DNA of 64,000 nt from Eutreptiella sp. 'Long Island Sound 2002'. Taxonomy: Eukaryota; Protista; Euglenida. Location of the stretch: the NCBI GenBank assembly GCA_964036045.1, contig OZ038379.1:76632001-76696000 (forward strand). The letters are read 5' to 3'. Shown piece after piece: positions 60,395 through 64,000 of the stretch (positions within the stretch are counted from its first letter, which is position 1; each line of letters begins with the position of its first letter). A program made the position numbers and the translations under genes. The notes under the pieces are model-generated. The model was given only the letters and a program-made list of their open reading frames with translations. It was not told the origin of the DNA and did not search any database.

Positions 60395-61615
60395 TAGCAG
60401 ACATACACGGATTCGATGTCTTACATTCAAGCATTACATGTGGATAATGATGCCACCACTCCCATCGTCACCAAACTTTTGCACGCTTGTTGATTTTTGG
60501 TTAAATCTTTTGTTTCACCCAAGCATATTCATTCTCACATGACAGGCACAGTGTTGTATAGAACTTACGATGCAGTGGATCAAGAAGCTAAAAACACGGC
60601 ACAGAAACATCAACCGAAAGTAGGATGGATCACGGATCTAGACAGAGAGCAAGCAATTTTCACAGTGACAGCCACACAGAAACATGATTTGTCAATGTAC
60701 ATTGAATGAAAGTTGCGAGAGATATACTGCACGCAACATGGAGTAACGTGTGCCCGCAATCACACTTAGTATGCCTTATATGCAAACACAGTGATGCGAG
60801 GTGAACTGTTATGGTCCGTACACTTGCACACTGTCACACAGAGACACCACATGCAACACGTGTCAGACATCAAGCCGTCTGACCGGGGTCTGCGCCTGCT
60901 TGCCTTCTTTCTTATACACCCTTTTCCTGGGGCCTGCAGCCACACTCTTGCCCCTCCCGCCCTGGCGTGTGATGCCTGAGGCGTGTACCTCACTCGTTCC
61001 ACTAGTTCTTCCTTCTCTCCCCACTCCGGATGATCCAGTCCGGTGGTGTCCTCCCGCTTCCCCCGGCCATTCAGGGCCGCCTTCTTGTCACTATGCCGGA
61101 CACACCGCCTTGTCCCCTGCCCCCTCGACGGCCCCCTGGATGGCAGTCGCCGTCGAGCCTCCCCGTTCCGTCCGGGACATTCATGTCTGAGGCCGCCCGT
61201 CTTCTCTCTCTCCTCCACTCTTCAATCCGACGGCTCGCGCTGTCGCTTCCACTGGTGTACCCTGTGTAAGTTACCCATCACCCAGGCGCACGCTCAAGCA
61301 GATTGTCCACTCCTTTTCTTGATAACATGGTTTCTGTGCATCAAGCTCAGTCATCTCCTTCCAGTCTTGAATCCGTCATGGCACAAGTGCCTGCCTACCC
61401 CTTGGGGTACTTTGCTTGCTACGCCTACGGGGCACCTCGTTTCAACGGTCAACCCAATCAAATATATGAGAATGCCACATGATTTGTGTATTATCAATCT
61501 GACAGGGGAGGTTTCCTCTCACTCTATGCATCAAGCAGCAGAACATGGGGCCAGCAACACAATGATGACACGAGTTCTGGGATTCCTTCTCACAACATGG
61601 TACAAGGTTCAGCAC
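60395..61615 (+). other. Inverted internal segment of LINE copy B
   Basis: Matches copy A about 57010-57850 in plus orientation, while both flanks match copy A in minus orientation. Confidence 0.88.
60875..61255. mobile_element. 381-bp pyrimidine-rich insertion (SINE-like?) inside the inverted segment
   Basis: Copy A has ATCAAG|TGTACC contiguous (about 57485-57496); copy B has 381 extra bp at that point. Confidence 0.7.
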
Positions 61616-64000
61616 ATAAAATTCAACTGTGTATGAGTGGTGCACAGAGATGGGGATTAGTACTGGGTACGGTGTGTGTTGATATGTGTGTCTGCATACG
61701 ATAGCTATACACCCTCCACAACGTCCATCCGGGTACCATGACCCAGTTGTCATGAAGAGGGGTTCATGTGGTATGTGTGTGATGACTGGCTTTTGTGCTG
61801 TGAGAGGGTGTGCAACTAGAATGGGTTTCGGGGGGACTTCATACTGCCACATAGGAATGCGCCATCCCTTTTGCTTGGCTTTGTGTTGCGTCTGGTATCC
61901 CTCTGTCATCCATGTGTGTATTTGGCTAGCTTCCGTGGAGTGATTTGCTTTATACATGGGTATATCATCATCCATTTGCATAATGGACAAAGGAAAGTGT
62001 GTCTCTATATCCATGTGGTGCATTATAATGAGAAAACATGAGTGGTCTGTGTAATGTACTTGTGTAATGTACTCGACAAATTCTGGAAAGAGACTTCAGC
62101 ACAGGACACGTGTTCACTAAATTTCTGCCTAGCTCGCCATAGGCTTCGTAGGACTGAGAATCTGACTATTGGGTTTGTATGACTAACTTGCTTGATTGAA
62201 TTGAGTAAAAACTGAAGTAACATAACTATTGTAGTGGGTTGTATGCCTGTCCATCCAGCTTCCAAACGCTGTAAAAACAATGCTGGGGGGACAGAGTCCC
62301 AATTTGCGGTGGCACGGAGTGCCGATGCTGCTGGGTGATCTGACAGACGCATTGATCCTAGCGATGGGGATGTGATCCCTCCCAACCATCTGTGTGCCCC
62401 CCTGCAGAAGCATTGTACATTAAAATGGGATAATTTGCTGGTAATGTGACATATCTTAGTACTATGCTCGCGGGATGCACTCATCATTTTTATAAAGTCA
62501 TTGGTATGAAAAATGTGTGGCATGGCATGTCTGCCCAATAGCCGAATGTACATTTTTCCATCTGCAATTGGTACTCTACTTCCTCCTGCCAAAATGTCTG
62601 GCCTGTCTAAAAGGACTTGCAGACCCTGGCGGTGTGTCACGGCTACTACAAGTTTCACCGTGGATGTGTGAAGACGGGTCATAATGCCTGTCTGATACAA
62701 ATTCGACAAAAGCTGTTGAATGTTTGTTACTTGATCCAGGCGATATGTGGTATCATCCATGTAGGCCACATGTCCAAAATCTCCACATCTTGATCGTGGC
62801 TTAGGAATACCATGCAAGACCATGCAAATTCGGGGCTCCAAAAGGATGCAGAGTAAGAGTGCTGACATGGGGCACCCTTGTGCTATACTTGCTAGTAATT
62901 TTGCCAGGGCTTCAATTATTCCATTTTTTTCCACGCATATGCAGAGTTGCACCTGTGGCGGCATTCATTAGAACACTTATCAGGTAAGAGGGGAAGTGGA
63001 GTAAACGAAGTATAGCTTCAAGAGTATCGTGTTGCACGGCTCCAAAGGCACGTCTGACATCATCAAATAGCATGCAAACAAGCAAATCTGCAAACCATCT
63101 GTCCAAAATGTGGTCATTTATGACCCGAAGCGTGTCTATGGCTGATGCACCACCACAGAGAGCAAATTGGAAAGGGGGTATGACATGTGCTGACACAATA
63201 TGGGAGTGAAAAACGGTTTCAAGCATGCTGAGAACACCTTCCAAATGGTAGTGAAATTTTAGGAGTGGTCGACATTTGCAATTGGTCCATGGGGTATTTT
63301 GTACCTTGGAAAACTTTATGAAGGTATTCTCCATTATACCATTGGTTATAGATCTGTGCCAAATGTTCCAATTGTTTGTCAGACAAGAAACACAGAAATT
63401 TACATTCCAAAAGATCTTGATAAGGGGTGGTATGGGATTCATTTCACAGTGTGCATCTCATCATCTGAGCTCAATCTGATGTCTGGCATAGTCTTAGGCC
63501 ACGCAAACTGCCCACCTTCACGGAAGCATAGGTGGCAGACCAGCATCTTCGTCTGGTGCTGGTGCCAGCACCAGATGGGGGGGTCTGTGGGCTCATTTTG
63601 ATGGTGTCTTATTGTAGGCACAAAAACAGGGCCTTTTTGGGGGGTCTCAAACACATTTCTTTCATTTTCATCTATTGAACCCAGTTCCCATTTCCTGGAT
63701 TGAAGGTGTGATATGGGAGGAAAAGCACATGTAGGGCTTATTGCACCATGTAAACAGGAAGCTGTAAAATCACGCTGTTCTGGACCCCCCCTCAACTGTG
63801 GACACGAACAAGCACGCTGACACAGTGTCTCTATTTCCACATTGGGAACTTCGAATCGTATGCTTTGTAATACACTAGTATTATCACATGCAAATACACA
63901 ACCATACATAGGAGTCACCGCTGCGAAGTATATGCAAAATTCACCCGTAAATTGTTGTACCTAAAAGACAGGGCTGTTTACATGAAAATCCAGCTGAGCA

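Larger units (their letters stand above)
59490..63499 (-). mobile_element. LINE copy B (same family as copy A), 5'-truncated, with internal inversion; 3' end approximate, near a (CA)n tract
   Basis: Near-identical ORFs 62023-62964 vs 55593-56534 and 61442-62023 vs 56534-56935. Homology to copy A stops at ACTATGCCAGACATC (about 63499 / 55043). Confidence 0.9.

Noticed and set aside
1-64000. tRNA, rRNA, spliced-leader or ribozyme genes
   Set aside because: No recognisable complete signatures were seen; a covariance-model scan would be needed to exclude them.

Overview
Eukaryotic, repeat-dominated window (well over 90% satellites and nested, decayed transposons). The only recognisable host gene is the last two exons of an NCA2/DGS1-family gene (minus strand, 50319-51336). 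The central structure is a nested stack. A decayed Ty3/gypsy element (about 12.4-39.4 kb) is split inside its RNase H/integrase junction by a 19.3-kb LTR element (19157-38420; TG..CA ends, 5-bp TSD CAGAC, about 670-bp LTRs, no recognisable pol). That inner element carries a 6-kb hairpin-satellite cassette flanked by a 1366-bp duplication, a 5'-truncated RT-RNaseH LINE, and a PIF/Harbinger-type DNA transposon (3-bp TSD ACT). Two unrelated gypsy-like relics both show a Dam-like adenine-methyltransferase-type domain directly after the protease. Other notable items are a 782-aa intronless ORF with CCCH and zf-trcl-like zinc fingers, a relic with two 2OG-Fe(II)-oxygenase-like segments, and a tail-to-tail LINE pair, one copy with an internal 1.2-kb inversion. 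A GCCA-CTCC-TGGC hairpin core is shared by several satellite types. All protein assignments are by eye from motifs; no database searches were run, and boundaries without TSD/TIR evidence are approximate.
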